DNA from: Candidatus Tenderia sp.
GTDB taxonomy: Bacteria > Pseudomonadota > Gammaproteobacteria > Tenderiales > Tenderiaceae
Assembly: GCA_043755075.1 (NCBI GenBank)
Contig: JAYUTP010000058.1
Location: 1 to 46,984 of the forward strand
DNA: 46,984 nt
Direction: 5' to 3'
The notes beneath the pieces were generated by a model. That model ran no database searches. It was not told the origin of the DNA and worked only from the letters and a program-made list of their open reading frames with translations. The translations under genes and the position numbers were made by a program. Each line of letters starts with the position of its first letter. Position 1 is the stretch's first letter. Positions 19,853 to 32,338 of this stretch are shown in pieces.

Positions 19853-21985
19853 ATGAATAATCCTGAATCCAACAACCTCGCCCTACACATCCTTCGCAGC
19901 GTTTTTGGTTATGAACAGTTTCGCGCCGATCAGGCGCTGATCGTTGATCAGGTGATCAACGGTGGCGATGCGCTGGTGCTGATGCCAACCGGCGGCGGCA
20001 AATCACTCTGTTACCAGATTCCGGCACTGGTGCGTGAAGGTGTCGGCGTAGTGGTATCACCACTGATCGCCTTGATGCAGGATCAGGTACAGGCGTTGCG
20101 GCAGAATGGCGTCAAGGCGGCCTATCTCAACTCCAGCCTCACGGCATACGAGGCGAATGAGATTGAAGCGCAACTGAAGCGCGGCGAGCTTGATCTGATC
20201 TATGTGGCACCGGAGCGCTTGATGATGCCACGCACGCTGGCGCTGCTGGAACAGCTCAAGATCGCACTCTTTGCTATCGACGAAGCACACTGCGTCTCGC
20301 AATGGGGCCACGACTTTCGCCCTGAGTATATTCAGCTCTCGATACTGCATGAGCGTTTCCCGAATATTCCGCGCATCGCCCTGACCGCCACGGCAGATGA
20401 GCCAACACAGCGCGAAATCATCGAACGTCTGGCGCTGCAACAGGCGCAGTTCTACAACAGCGGCTTTGATCGCCCCAACATCCGCTATCGCATCAGCGAG
20501 GGTCAGGGCAACGCCCGTGATGCGCTGCTGCGTTTCATCCTCAATGAACATGAGGGCGAAGCGGGCATTGTCTACTGCCTGTCGCGCAAACGTGTTGAAG
20601 AGGTGGCGGCATGGTTGAAGACCAAGGGGCTCAACGCCCTGCCCTATCATGCTGGTCTGCCGACCAATACCAAACAGCAGCACCAGGAGCAGTTTCTGCG
20701 TGAAGATGCCGTCATCATCGTCGCCACCATCGCCTTTGGCATGGGCATCGACAAACCTGACGTTCGCTTTGTCGCCCATCTCAACCTACCCAAGAGCATC
20801 GAGGCCTACTATCAAGAGACCGGTCGCGGCGGGCGTGATGGTCTGCCCGCCGATGCCTGGATGGCCTATGGCCTGCAGGATGTGATCATGCTCAAGCAGA
20901 TGCAGGAGAGCTCTACTGCCGATGAACAACACAAACGTGTTGAGCGCCACAAGCTCGACGCCATGCTGGGTTTGTGTGAACTCACCAGCTGCCGCCGTCA
21001 GGCGCTACTGCGCTATTTTGGCGACCGTCTCGATCAACCCTGTGGCAATTGCGATAACTGCCTGACACCACCCGCCACCTGGGATGCCACCGTGGCAGCG
21101 CAGAAGGCGCTCTCCTGCGTACATCGCACCGGCCAGCGTTTTGGTGTTACCTATCTGGTCGATGTGCTGCGCGGCAGCGATCACGACCGCATCAAACAGT
21201 TTGGCCACGACAAACTCACCACCTATGGCATCGGCAAAGAACAGAGCGCCAGCGAGTGGAAAAATCTCTATCGCCAACTCATCTCACGGGGCTTGTTGAG
21301 TGTCGACATTGAAGGCCATGGCAGCCTAAAGCTGACTGAAGCATCACGCTCAGTGCTACGCGGCGAAGAAAAACTGTTGCTACGCCATGTGACAAAACCG
21401 GAAAAGGCCGAACGCAAACGCAATGAAAGCCAGTTCAAAAAGGCTGCCGACGGCGCACTGTGGAATGCCTTGCGCCAAAAGCGCAAAGAGCTGGCCGAAA
21501 CGCAAAACGTCCCCGCCTACGTCATCTTTCACGATGCTACGCTGGTAGAAATGGTAGAACGCCAGCCGCAAACTCTGGCGCAATTAGGACTCATCTCCGG
21601 CATCGGCACGCGCAAACTGGAAGCTTATGGTGAGGCTTTCATCGACGTGATCTGTGAGCATGGCCAGCCAGTCGCCATTACCGACACCATCGCCGAAACG
21701 GTGACGCTACTCTGCCGCGGGCTCGACCCCGTCGCCATTGCCCACGAACGCAAACTCACGCTCAATACCATCTATAGTCATCTGACCAAAGCCATTGAAA
21801 ATGGTGAAGTGGAGCTAGAAGATGTGCTCACACTCAAGGAACATGAGCTTAAGGCGATTCAGCTCGCCTTTGAACAGAGCAAAGATGGCAAAATAAAACC
21901 CGTATTCGAAGCACTAGAAGGCGCTTATGAATACGGGGTACTACAGTGCGTTAAAGCCGCGCGCTATCCGCAGATAGTGAAGTGA
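19853..21985 (+). CDS. recQ: ATP-dependent DNA helicase RecQ, with a ~100-aa C-terminal extension
   Basis: 710 aa. It has PTGGGKS, DEAHC, the zinc-binding C..C..CDNC cluster, RQC and HRDC, plus an extra HTH-like tail. Confidence 0.96.
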   Translation: MNNPESNNLALHILRSVFGYEQFRADQALIVDQVINGGDALVLMPTGGGKSLCYQIPALVREGVGVVVSPLIALMQDQVQALRQNGVKAAYLNSSLTAYEANEIEAQLKRGELDLIYVAPERLMMPRTLALLEQLKIALFAIDEAHCVSQWGHDFRPEYIQLSILHERFPNIPRIALTATADEPTQREIIERLALQQAQFYNSGFDRPNIRYRISEGQGNARDALLRFILNEHEGEAGIVYCLSRKRVEEVAAWLKTKGLNALPYHAGLPTNTKQQHQEQFLREDAVIIVATIAFGMGIDKPDVRFVAHLNLPKSIEAYYQETGRGGRDGLPADAWMAYGLQDVIMLKQMQESSTADEQHKRVERHKLDAMLGLCELTSCRRQALLRYFGDRLDQPCGNCDNCLTPPATWDATVAAQKALSCVHRTGQRFGVTYLVDVLRGSDHDRIKQFGHDKLTTYGIGKEQSASEWKNLYRQLISRGLLSVDIEGHGSLKLTEASRSVLRGEEKLLLRHVTKPEKAERKRNESQFKKAADGALWNALRQKRKELAETQNVPAYVIFHDATLVEMVERQPQTLAQLGLISGIGTRKLEAYGEAFIDVICEHGQPVAITDTIAETVTLLCRGLDPVAIAHERKLTLNTIYSHLTKAIENGEVELEDVLTLKEHELKAIQLAFEQSKDGKIKPVFEALEGAYEYGVLQCVKAARYPQIVK

Positions 21986-22274
21986 AACCAAGTAGTGGGC
22001 AGGCCCTGCCTACACAGTCATCACCACTCCAGTCACTCGCCATATATACTCGCCACCACATCCACCCCAACACAGGAATAAACACTCCGCGCCCCAACTC
22101 CCTTTTTTAAAAAGAGATAAGCTGGCGAGCATCAGGTAAACCAAAAGTAACCACTTGATTTTATTTAACTTTAATGCAAGCGCCGGCCTGTGCATGTAAT
22201 AAATTACTCATTTTGACTTAAAGAATAATAATTTTAAGTCGATATACCTTATGAAAAACATAGGAGTCGTCGAA

Positions 22275-23195
22275 ATGAGTAAACTATATAAAGCAGCAAG
22301 CTCGGCAGGTGCCGTAGCTCTGGTACTTTCAGGTTCAGTAATGGCGGCAGCGCCTGCGTTTGACGCGTGGACCGTTTCAACTGGCACAATCACTGGCAAC
22401 ACCCAGGCGGGGTTCACCTACGGTTCCGCACTGTCGGATAAGGGCTTCTTTCAACGCCAGGTTACCGAAACCGCCACTGGTCAAGTATTTTTCCAGACCA
22501 TTATCACAGAAAACAATGCAACTGCTGCAACTGTGCCTGCGCTAGATGCTCTGCTATACGCTGATGAAAGCTTTGTACGTACAGGTAATGTCAACGGCAT
22601 TGCTGACAAGCAGCGCATCTCTGACGTGGACGGCACAAAAACATTCAATACATCAGCAACCTTAAATTCTGGTTGGGCGGGCGACAAGCTGACGTTGACT
22701 CAAAGGTTGAAGGATACAGCTGACAATTTCCAGACAGATTTCATCTTCTCTCAGAAAGGGCCTTCGACGGCTCCCACTGCAAAAGGGGTGAAGATCACAG
22801 CGTATATACCAATAGCGGGGGCAGACAAGCAGGACTTTGTGCTTGTCGATCTGCAAGGTGATTATGCCAATGTGGTTTCAAACGTAGCTGCTGGTAAGTC
22901 GACCGTAACAGTGCCAGTCAGCCAGGTAATGACTTGGGCAAACGATACTTCAGCAAACACTATAGGAACTGCTGGCGGTACAGAGGGTGATCGAATCAAG
23001 GCTATCTGGGTTGGGCAGGATATGACCACTGCCGTAGGGCAGGTCTTTGGCCTCACTTCATATGACAACATAACCAGCGTGGCTAATGATTATATCTCCA
23101 CCTTTAGCTTGACCGGCACAGCAGCTGTAAGTTGGGATACCGCTGTTTGGGGTAATCTCACTACCTCTGGCACCGTTACCAATCCGTTTCCATAG
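22275..23195 (+). CDS. Secreted hypothetical protein (Thr/Ala/Gly-rich, no recognised family)
   Basis: ATG 22275 lies 8 nt after AGGAG and is preferred over 22251. Signal peptide ...ALVLSGSVMAAAP. A strong terminator follows. Confidence 0.65.
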   Translation: MSKLYKAASSAGAVALVLSGSVMAAAPAFDAWTVSTGTITGNTQAGFTYGSALSDKGFFQRQVTETATGQVFFQTIITENNATAATVPALDALLYADESFVRTGNVNGIADKQRISDVDGTKTFNTSATLNSGWAGDKLTLTQRLKDTADNFQTDFIFSQKGPSTAPTAKGVKITAYIPIAGADKQDFVLVDLQGDYANVVSNVAAGKSTVTVPVSQVMTWANDTSANTIGTAGGTEGDRIKAIWVGQDMTTAVGQVFGLTSYDNITSVANDYISTFSLTGTAAVSWDTAVWGNLTTSGTVTNPFP

Positions 23196-23227
23196 TTAAT
23201 AATTGCCAAAAGGCGTGTGTCTAATCT

Positions 23228-23257
23228 GGGAGGGGCGAAAGCCCCTCTCTTTTTTTA
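23228..23257 (+). terminator. Rho-independent terminator
   Basis: Stem GAGGGGC / GCCCCTC with a GAAA loop, followed by TCTTTTTTT. Confidence 0.85.
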
Positions 23258-23383
23258 TGCCTTTTTAACGTCGCGCCGCCATTTTCTTTTCATGCTCTGG
23301 CAAGGTGATGTTCAATTCCAGGATATCGTAACCACCTTCGCGGTCGAGGTTAACCTTCACATCCCCCAGATCTATTGCAGGCA

Positions 23384-23654
23384 ATGGAGGCAGGCAATGG
23401 GGTCAGACTGAGCCCATTGACTCACATTGACTGGACCCCATTGACTGAAAGAACAACACGACGAGCTGGCAACCATTATCAACGAAAGCGGAGCAGATGT
23501 TTTAGGCGAAAAAGATTTTAAGCAATTTAAGTTGATGCAGGATTTCGCTCATCGGGTTGGCGATGTTTTATCCACCATCGCCGACGTGGTGCAACCGCGC
23601 AGCTTTGAAGAGCTGGAAAAATATGGACTTGATGATTTGGCAGACCCTAGATAG
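23384..23654 (+). pseudogene. Remnant of a small gene of unknown function, apparently frameshifted
   Basis: MEAGNGVRLSPLTHIDWTPLTE (frame of 23384) continues as (E)QHDELATIINESGADVLGEKDFKQFKLMQDFAHRVGDVLSTIADVVQPRSFEELEKYGLDDLADPR* in another frame. The switch occurs near GAAAGAAC (~23447). Confidence 0.3.
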
Positions 23655-23750
23655 CCAGAATCTGCCAAGTAAGGGGCACGCCCTAGCGCCCCCAAATCGT
23701 CTTCTGATTCACAAACTCCATCATGCCGTGGTGGCTGAACTCGCGACCAG

Positions 23751-24167
23751 TTAATCATCCCCAACCTTGCCACGCCCGGCCTTGATCTGTCCCTGAAGTT
23801 TTTTGCTGTCGAGCCGTCGCATCTGTGAGCCGCGGGTCGGCTTGGTAGGTTTGCGAGTACGTGGCACGATGGCGACGCTCTTGATTAGCTCCTGCAACCG
23901 TTGCAGCGCATCTTCGCGATTTTTCTCCTGGGTACGAAACCGTTGTGCCTTGATGATAATCACCCCCTCTTTGGTAATGCGCTGGTCGCGCAGATGGAGT
24001 AGCCGTTCTTTATAGAAGTCGGGCAGTGAGGAAGCATTAATATCAAATCGGAGATGAATCGCGGAAGAGACCTTGTTGACGTTCTGGCCGCCACTGCCTT
24101 GGGCGCGGATGGCGCTGATCTCGATCTCGTTATCAGGAATGGAGACGCTGTTGGAGATATCCAACAT
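23751..24167 (-). CDS. arfB: Alternative ribosome-rescue factor ArfB (YaeJ), GGQ peptidyl-tRNA hydrolase
   Basis: From ATG 24167: [43 protein letters not shown]... plus a basic tail, collinear with E. coli ArfB. The ATG overlaps the cysG TGA. Confidence 0.9.
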   Translation of the reverse strand: MLDISNSVSIPDNEIEISAIRAQGSGGQNVNKVSSAIHLRFDINASSLPDFYKERLLHLRDQRITKEGVIIIKAQRFRTQEKNREDALQRLQELIKSVAIVPRTRKPTKPTRGSQMRRLDSKKLQGQIKAGRGKVGDD

Positions 24168-25564
24168 CAGTTGTGCTGCTGTGGTTTGAACCACGCCAAC
24201 TGCTCGTGCAGTTTTACGACTTCACCAATGATCAGCAGTGTTGGTGCATGAATCTCGTTGTCAGCCACAATCTGGTTGAGTGTGGTGACCGTGCCGGTAT
24301 AAACCCGCTGCTGTTGCGTCGTCCCCTGCTGTACCAATGCGGCGGGCATATCGGCGCTCATGCCATGGGCGATCAGCTGTTGGCAGATGATATCGAGCCC
24401 CGCCAATCCCATATAAACCACCACCGTCTGGCGCGGCTGCACCAGCGTCTGCCACTCTAGGTCAACCGTTCCGTCCTTGAGCTGGCCAGTAACAAAGATG
24501 ACCGATTGGGCGTAGTCGCGATGGGTAAGCGGAATGCCGGCGTAGCTGGCGCACCCGGCCGCTGCCGTCACGCCCGGCACCACCTGAAAAGGGATGCCTT
24601 CCGCCGCCAGACCGGCAATCTCTTCACCGCCCCGGCCAAAGATAAACGGATCACCACCTTTGAGGCGCAATACCCGCTTGCCTTGTTTAGCCAGATCAAT
24701 AAGCTGCTGGTTGATCTCCTCCTGACGCACAGCGTGAAAGGCGCGTTTTTTACCCACATAAATCTGTTCCGCCTCGCGCCGCACCAGATCAAGAATTTGC
24801 GGCGAGACCAAGCGGTCGTAGAGCACCACATCGGCCTGCTGCATCAACCGCAACGCCCGAAAGGTGAGCAGATCGGGATCACCAGGACCGGCCCCCACCA
24901 GATAGACCTCACCCTTGGCAAGACCCTCGACATCGGCATGATCGATGGCATGTTGCAGCGCCGCCTCCGCCTCTTGCCACTTGTTGGCATAGGCTAACTC
25001 GGCAACACTGCCTTGCAACTGCTCTTCCCAAAAACGACGGCGCTGGCCGAAACTTTTAAAATGGTTTTTCACCGGGCCACGAAAACGCCCGGCCAACTCC
25101 GCTAAACGGCCATAGGCGGCCGGGATCAACGTCTCCAAACGGGCGCGTAACAACCGCCCCAGCACTGGCGATGCTCCGCCGGTGGAGACGGCCACAATGA
25201 CGGGCGAGCGGTCGATGATCGACGGCAGAATAAAGGTGCAGAGTTCCGGATGATCTACCACATTCACTGGAAGCCCTAACTGTTTGGAATCATTTGAAAT
25301 AGTGGCGTTAAGCACGCTGTCGTTTGTAGCGGCTATTACCAGCGCACACCCCGCCAGCTGCTGCGGGTCATACGTTGTTTTAAGCTGGCTGATCACCCCT
25401 TCATCAAGCTGTTGTTGCAATAGGCTGCAGAGTTGCGGTGCCACCACTACGACACTGGCCTGAGCGCGTAACAGCAGGCTCACCTTGCGTGCCGCAATCT
25501 CACCGCCGCCAACAACAAGCACTGGGCGTTTTTTAATATCTATGAAGATCGGTAAGTAATCCAT
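24167..25564 (-). CDS. cysG: Siroheme synthase (uroporphyrinogen-III methyltransferase / precorrin-2 dehydrogenase / ferrochelatase)
   Basis: 465 aa. The N-terminus has the [11 protein letters not shown] Rossmann fold. The C-terminus has the [12 protein letters not shown] and [13 protein letters not shown]-methyltransferase motifs. Confidence 0.95.
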   Translation of the reverse strand: MDYLPIFIDIKKRPVLVVGGGEIAARKVSLLLRAQASVVVVAPQLCSLLQQQLDEGVISQLKTTYDPQQLAGCALVIAATNDSVLNATISNDSKQLGLPVNVVDHPELCTFILPSIIDRSPVIVAVSTGGASPVLGRLLRARLETLIPAAYGRLAELAGRFRGPVKNHFKSFGQRRRFWEEQLQGSVAELAYANKWQEAEAALQHAIDHADVEGLAKGEVYLVGAGPGDPDLLTFRALRLMQQADVVLYDRLVSPQILDLVRREAEQIYVGKKRAFHAVRQEEINQQLIDLAKQGKRVLRLKGGDPFIFGRGGEEIAGLAAEGIPFQVVPGVTAAAGCASYAGIPLTHRDYAQSVIFVTGQLKDGTVDLEWQTLVQPRQTVVVYMGLAGLDIICQQLIAHGMSADMPAALVQQGTTQQQRVYTGTVTTLNQIVADNEIHAPTLLIIGEVVKLHEQLAWFKPQQHN

Positions 25565-25639
25565 GAAGCGGTCCTGTCAAAAGGTGAGAGTTCACGCCCC
25601 TCTCCCTTCAGCGAAAGAGGGAGAGGTTAAATTTATCTC

Positions 25640-26917
<1,278 letters not shown>

Positions 26918-27008
26918 TTACCTTTTATTTATTCAATTAATTCAAGTTATTAAGATGACTATGTAATTCAATACATTGGATACAAAATATTATCAAACAG
27001 CAGCCCTA

Positions 27009-27383
27009 TTATATCTGTCTGCCGACGACCACCCCCAGCCAACAGCCGCCCACACAGAGCAACAGGCTAAATACCATATTACTGATGGCTTTGAGGTGCG
27101 CGCCCGCGTCTATCAGTGCCAATGTCTCTATAGAAAAGGTGGAGAAGGTGGTAAACCCGCCCAGCACCCCAATCAAAATGGCCGCTCGCCACTCCGGGGC
27201 CAGTGCCATCCGCTCAATCAGCACCACCGTCAACAACCCCATCAATAAGGAGCCGACAACATTGACCGCCAGCGTGCCATAAGGAAATCCACGCCCGGCG
27301 ATGGAGTAGACCCAGCTGGACATCATAAAACGCAACACTGAACCGATGGCACCACCTGCCGCCACCATCACTAACTGGTTCAT
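27009..27383 (-). CDS. crcB: Fluoride channel CrcB/FluC
   Basis: 124 aa with four TM helices and [10 protein letters not shown] / GGFTTFSTF motifs. The ATG overlaps the rarA stop. Confidence 0.92.
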   Translation of the reverse strand: MNQLVMVAAGGAIGSVLRFMMSSWVYSIAGRGFPYGTLAVNVVGSLLMGLLTVVLIERMALAPEWRAAILIGVLGGFTTFSTFSIETLALIDAGAHLKAISNMVFSLLLCVGGCWLGVVVGRQI

Positions 27384-28732
27384 GATGGATTGTTCTCGCC
27401 AACTCCCCGCGCCTGCCGATCCAACTCACGCAAGTGGTTCAACTTATCGACAATCTTATTCTCCAGCCCACGTGGGACTGGGTGATAGTAACGTCGCTCC
27501 CCCATCGCTTCGGGAAAATAGTTTTCACCTGCGGCGTAGGCACCGGGTTCATCATGGGCATACCGGTAGGCCTTGCCATACCCCAACTCTTTCATCAATT
27601 TAGTCGGGGCGTTACGTAGATGCACGGGGACTTCGTGGGAGCCATGCTGTTTGACCTCCGCCATGGCCGCGTTAAAAGCAGCATAAGCGGCATTACTTTT
27701 GGGGGCGCAGGCTAGGTAGAGCACCGCCTGGGCAATGGCCAACTCCCCTTCCGGACTGCCAAGGCGCTCCTGTACATCCCAGGCATTCAGCGCAACATCA
27801 AGTGCACGGGGATCGGCATTGCCAATCTCTTCACTGGCCATCCGCACCACCCGTCGAGCTATATATAGTGGGTCACAGCCACCATCCACCATGCGTACAT
27901 ACCAATAGAGCGCCGCATCAGGACTGGAACCACGCACTGATTTATGCAGCGCCGAAATCTGATCGTAAAATGCCTCGCCACCCTTGTCGAAACGGCGCGG
28001 CGCACCACCACTGAGAATCTCATTGATCAACGCTTCGCCAATCTCTTCGCCCCCCTCCCCCGGCTGCGCCAGATCGGCGGCAATCTCAAGGAAGTTAAGG
28101 GCACGGCGGGCGTCACCATCCGCCACTTCGGCCAGACGATCCCGCAACACCTCCGCCATCACCAACGGTTTGCCAATGCCACGATCATGGTCGCTTAACG
28201 CACAGTCGATAATCTGGCGAATCTCTTCAGTACTCAGGCTACGCAATACGTAGACCCGCGCCCGCGACAGCAGCGCGTTATTCAGTTCAAACGAGGGATT
28301 TTCAGTGGTGGCGCCGATGAAGGTAAACGTACCATCCTCAACGTAGGGTAAAAAAGCGTCCTGCTGCGCCTTGTTGAAGCGATGCACTTCATCCACAAAC
28401 AGCACGGTGGCGCGTCGCTCAACATCGCGGGCATATTGCGCCTGCTCCACGGCGGCACGAATCTCCTTCACCCCGCCAAGTACAGCGGAGATGCTAAGAA
28501 ACTGGGCTTGAGCACGATTGGCCAGCAGACGGGCCAGTGTGGTTTTGCCGGTTCCCGGCGGTCCCCAGAGGATCATCGAATGAATGCGGTCAGCCTCAAT
28601 CGCCTGTCGCAGCGGCTTGCCAACCCCCAACAGATGGCTCTGGCCCACATACTCGGCAAGTATTTGCGGCCGCATACGATCCGCCAGTGGCTTCCAGGTG
28701 GATGCACAACCAGCGTCAAACAGATCAGCCAC
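27380..28732 (-). CDS. rarA: Replication-associated recombination protein A (MgsA/RarA AAA+ ATPase)
   Basis: 450 aa with Walker [20 protein letters not shown] and the conserved C-terminal MgsA domain. It uses a GTG start. Confidence 0.95.
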   Translation of the reverse strand: MADLFDAGCASTWKPLADRMRPQILAEYVGQSHLLGVGKPLRQAIEADRIHSMILWGPPGTGKTTLARLLANRAQAQFLSISAVLGGVKEIRAAVEQAQYARDVERRATVLFVDEVHRFNKAQQDAFLPYVEDGTFTFIGATTENPSFELNNALLSRARVYVLRSLSTEEIRQIIDCALSDHDRGIGKPLVMAEVLRDRLAEVADGDARRALNFLEIAADLAQPGEGGEEIGEALINEILSGGAPRRFDKGGEAFYDQISALHKSVRGSSPDAALYWYVRMVDGGCDPLYIARRVVRMASEEIGNADPRALDVALNAWDVQERLGSPEGELAIAQAVLYLACAPKSNAAYAAFNAAMAEVKQHGSHEVPVHLRNAPTKLMKELGYGKAYRYAHDEPGAYAAGENYFPEAMGERRYYHPVPRGLENKIVDKLNHLRELDRQARGVGENNPS

Positions 28733-29367
28733 TATTTTTTAACCGTCTCATCGAGCACATCCACTCCTTTGGGGATGGAAAAAGCAAAGGTATCGACGGC
28801 AACAGGAGTGTTGGTCTGGACGTTATCAAACTGAACATCGGTCTGCTGACCAAAGCCATCGCGGATCTCAAGACGATAGAGCTGTTTCTTTTTTAACCCG
28901 AGCAGGATCTGTTCAAAACCACTCTCTTTGGCCTTGGGTGTCAGCTCAAACCATTGCACGCCATCGTTGCGCTGAATCGAGCGAATCTTGAACTCATCCT
29001 CCAATGTGGAATGGGTGCTCAGCAGTGAGGCCGGTGAGCCGGCCAGGGCTTGATCTTGCGGCTTGACGGTTACCTGTTCCAGATCAACATCGTAGAGCCA
29101 CACTTTGTTGCCATCGGCAACAATCTCCTGCTCGTAGGGGGATTGGTAGTTCCAGCGAAACTTGCCGGGGCGCTGGATCACCAGACGGCCGCGCATCTGC
29201 TGCTGCACGTTGCGATTCTGGTCGAGGATCTCTTGAGTGAAATCAGCCTTCAGCGTTTTGTAACTGAAGAGCGACTTCAATAACGCCTCGCCTTCAGCGT
29301 GCGCCAGAGGAGCAACCGCACACGCAGCAACCGCGACAAAACGGCACAATATTTTTTTCAGCGACAT
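28732..29367 (-). CDS. lolA: Outer-membrane lipoprotein carrier protein LolA
   Basis: 211 aa with a signal peptide and F.Q...D......[11 protein letters not shown]. The ftsK-lolA-rarA synteny is conserved. Confidence 0.93.
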   Translation of the reverse strand: MSLKKILCRFVAVAACAVAPLAHAEGEALLKSLFSYKTLKADFTQEILDQNRNVQQQMRGRLVIQRPGKFRWNYQSPYEQEIVADGNKVWLYDVDLEQVTVKPQDQALAGSPASLLSTHSTLEDEFKIRSIQRNDGVQWFELTPKAKESGFEQILLGLKKKQLYRLEIRDGFGQQTDVQFDNVQTNTPVAVDTFAFSIPKGVDVLDETVKK

Positions 29368-29369
29368 GT

Positions 29370-31685
29370 TTAATCCTTGGGTGGCGGTGGTGCCAATACT
29401 TCACGATTACCGTTGGACTGCATCGGGCCAACCACGCCGGCGCGTTCCATATCTTCTACCATGCGGGCAGCCCGATTGTAGCCGATTTTGAGACGGCGCT
29501 GGATGCCTGAAACCGAGGCGCGACGTGATTCGGTGACGATTCGAACCGCTTGATCGTAAAGTTCGTCAGCTTCATCGGCACCGCTACCAAAGCTTCCCAT
29601 ACCATCGCCGCCTTCGGTCGAGGGCCCTTCAAGGATCTCGTCAATATATTCGGGTGTACCGAGTTGCTTCAGCGCTTCAACCACCCTGTGCACCTCATTA
29701 TCGGCGACAAAGGCGCCGTGGACGCGGGTCGGCACGCTGGTACCCGATGGCAGATAGAGCATGTCGCCGTGACCCAGCAGCGACTCGGCGCCGCTCTGAT
29801 CGAGGATGGTACGGGAGTCGATCTTCGATGAGACCTGGAAGGAGATGCGCGTCGGGATATTAGCCTTGATCAGACCGGTCAAGACATCGACCGATGGGCG
29901 CTGGGTGGCGAGCAACAGATGAATACCGGAGGCGCGTGCCTTTTGCGCCAAACGGGCGATCAACTCTTCAACCTTTTTACCTGCCACCATCATCATGTCA
30001 GCCAGCTCATCGACAATCACCACGATATGCGGCAACGGCTCTAACGGCGGACGGATCTCATCGGGCGACATCATCTCCTTAAAAGGATCGCGGAGCGGCT
30101 CACCGGCATCGAGCGCCTCTTTCACCTTTTTGTTATAACCGCTGAGATTACGCACGCCGACATGGGCCATCAATCGGTAACGGCGATCCATCTCCACCAC
30201 ACACCAGCGCAGAGCGTTGGCAGCATCTTTCATGTCAGTCACGACTGGCGCGAGCAGATGGGGAATCCCTTCATAGATCGAGAGTTCCAGCATCTTTGGA
30301 TCGATCATAATCATGCGCACCTCATCGGGTGTCGCCTTGTAGAGCATGCTCAGGATCATGGCGTTGATGGCGACCGACTTACCAGAACCGGTAGTCCCCG
30401 CAACTAGCAGATGGGGCATTTTGGCGAGATCGGCCACCAATGGATGACCCGCGATATCCTTACCTAACGCCAACGTCAAGGGTGAGTGTGCTTCGTCATA
30501 CTGTTTGGATTGCAGGATCTCACTCAAGCGCACGGTTTCGCGTTCTTCGTTAGGGATCTCTAGCCCGACAGTGGTCTTGCCCGGAATCACCTCTACGACA
30601 CGGACACTGATGGCCGAGAGGGCACGGGCCAAATCCTTGGCCAGGTTGGTGATTTGATTTACCTTGACTCCAGTGCCCAGCTGAATCTCGAAGCGAGTAA
30701 TCACCGGCCCGGGATGAACCGCCACCACTTGAACCTCAATACCAAAGTCGCGGAGCTTCATTTCCAGCAGACGGGAAATTGCCTCCAGCGCCTCATGAGA
30801 GAACCCCTTGCCGCTGTGAATGGCGGCATCCAGAATCGACAATGGTGGCAGGCCGTGACGACGATCTTCATCGGTGACAAAGAGTGGCTGCTGGCGCTCC
30901 TGTTCGACACGCTCGCTGATATCCATTTTCTTAACCAATGGTTCGATACGCGGTGGCTGACGCTTCTCACTCCTTTTGGTTTCGACTTTTAGTGCAACCG
31001 TGCGCTGCTGACGCATCTTGCGTGCTTCAAAATATTCACGCAATGCACCAAACCAGCTGCGAACCAGTGAGATGAGTTCCAAACTCAAGCGCCCCGTCAC
31101 ATCCATCAACCACAACCAGGAGAGCCCCGTAAAGAGCGTGACACCCGCCAAGAAAAGCGCCAACATGAAGAGCGTAGCGCCAACAAAACTGAAAGGCTCT
31201 TCAAGTGAATGGGAGACCACGTCACCCAGAATTCCCCCCGGCGTCAACGGCAGACCAACCGCCGTTTGGGAGTGCAGTGCCGCCAATCCACAGCCTGCCA
31301 TCACTGTCAGAAAAAAACCGCCGATACGCAGAATGAGTTCCGTTGAGGTGACCGGCTCATCGGACTTGCGACCTTGGAAAATCAGCCAGCCACTGTAGGC
31401 CACCATGATGGGTATCAGGTAGGCAAAGTAACCAAAAAGGTGGAGGCCAACATCGGCAAACCATGCCCCCACTACGCCGCCACTGTTTTCAATCTGGCTA
31501 ACATGGCCGCTGTGGGACCAGCCTGGATCAGTGGCCTCGTAACTGCCCAGCGAAATCATCAGATAGAGCGCCACTGCACCAAAAAGAAATAGCGCCCCCT
31601 CGCGCAATCCACGCATACCCCGCACCAATCGTGCCGGACGGCCAGAATTGCCCGCCTTATCTTTTTTTCGTGTTGCCTGTGCCAA
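29370..31685 (-). CDS. ftsK: DNA translocase FtsK
   Basis: 771 aa with N-terminal TM helices, a linker, an alpha/beta motor (GTTGSGKS, Walker B VVIVDE) and a gamma winged helix ([21 protein letters not shown]). The annotated start is TTG, so the start is uncertain. Confidence 0.95.
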   Translation of the reverse strand: MAQATRKKDKAGNSGRPARLVRGMRGLREGALFLFGAVALYLMISLGSYEATDPGWSHSGHVSQIENSGGVVGAWFADVGLHLFGYFAYLIPIMVAYSGWLIFQGRKSDEPVTSTELILRIGGFFLTVMAGCGLAALHSQTAVGLPLTPGGILGDVVSHSLEEPFSFVGATLFMLALFLAGVTLFTGLSWLWLMDVTGRLSLELISLVRSWFGALREYFEARKMRQQRTVALKVETKRSEKRQPPRIEPLVKKMDISERVEQERQQPLFVTDEDRRHGLPPLSILDAAIHSGKGFSHEALEAISRLLEMKLRDFGIEVQVVAVHPGPVITRFEIQLGTGVKVNQITNLAKDLARALSAISVRVVEVIPGKTTVGLEIPNEERETVRLSEILQSKQYDEAHSPLTLALGKDIAGHPLVADLAKMPHLLVAGTTGSGKSVAINAMILSMLYKATPDEVRMIMIDPKMLELSIYEGIPHLLAPVVTDMKDAANALRWCVVEMDRRYRLMAHVGVRNLSGYNKKVKEALDAGEPLRDPFKEMMSPDEIRPPLEPLPHIVVIVDELADMMMVAGKKVEELIARLAQKARASGIHLLLATQRPSVDVLTGLIKANIPTRISFQVSSKIDSRTILDQSGAESLLGHGDMLYLPSGTSVPTRVHGAFVADNEVHRVVEALKQLGTPEYIDEILEGPSTEGGDGMGSFGSGADEADELYDQAVRIVTESRRASVSGIQRRLKIGYNRAARMVEDMERAGVVGPMQSNGNREVLAPPPPKD

Positions 31686-31800
31686 ACGCGCCTCGCACCA
31701 ATTACGCTAAAATAAAAAACTTACATATCAAAGCATTATACCTGCATCGTCAGGCAATATCTGCACTCTGGGGAGGACACTGATTTTCCCCTGTCAACAC

Positions 31801-31848
31801 GGCAAGAATGCCCAAAACGCTTCGCGAGGCAGGCTCTGCCGCTCCCAC
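31801..31848. repeat. Left inverted repeat bounding the ftsK/trxB cassette
   Basis: The reverse complement of 31801-31848 equals 34566-34626 except for one C/T mismatch and a 13-nt internal duplication in the right copy. Confidence 0.9.
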
Positions 31849-32029
31849 TCCAGCGGTAACAATGTTAGAGCTCGGCTCACATTTTATCATTAAAAAAATA
31901 CCACTATGGCAAATCCACACAAATCCACTGCTATATACAGCCAGTCTGCCGCCCTTTTTCCCGAACCAACTCCACGGGATTGCGGAACATGCCGCCCATA
32001 CCGTACAGACGCGGTTTCATAGAGGCACC

Positions 32030-32326
32030 ATGAAAGCCTACATTGCCGGCATCGGCATGATCACCTCGATCGGCGCCAACAGCGCCATGATCGCCGCTTC
32101 GGTCAGGACCGGCATCAGCGGCTACAGCGTCTCCGACTACTACAATCACGTCGGCGAACCGATCACCCTCGCGCTGCTGCCCGAGGTGGTCTTCGGATCA
32201 GTGGAGCTCGACACTCGTGAATGGGACTACTGTAGCGAGCAGTACGAACGCGTCATCAAAATGGCCATCATCGCCCTGCGCGAAGCGGGGCGGCTGGAAA
32301 AAATAGCAAAAACAACGGGTGTATAA
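32030..32326 (+). pseudogene. Beta-ketoacyl-ACP synthase N-terminal stub (98 codons)
   Basis: MKAYIAGIGMITSIGANSAMIAASVRTGISGYS...VIKMAIIALREAG aligns with the first ~100 aa of FabF/FabB-type KAS (VVVTGLGMLSPVG...GQSGIS). It ends abruptly, and neither the active-site Cys region nor the C-terminal half is present anywhere nearby. Confidence 0.6.
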
Positions 32327-32338
32327 GGAGACTGAGGT

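Noticed and set aside
25597-25626. Hairpin CCCCTCTCCCTT-CAGCGAA-AGAGGGAGAGG between serS and cysG, as a terminator.
   Set aside because: The stem is good, but there is no T-tract after it on the transcribed (minus) strand. It may be a processing or stability element or a weak terminator, so it was not listed as a confident feature.
27384-27450. Expected fluoride riboswitch upstream of crcB.
   Set aside because: The crcB ATG overlaps the rarA stop codon, so there is no untranslated leader. crcB appears to be co-translated with rarA.
31808-32029. N-terminal 74 codons of ORF 31808..32326, and similarly the 5' extensions of ORFs 33508..34176, 8791..9528, 18581..19270, 1240..1623 and 43483..45462.
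   Set aside because: The extensions run across repeats, neighbouring genes or intergenic DNA. They lack family similarity, and internal ATGs with proper context give proteins that align from residue 1 with their families.
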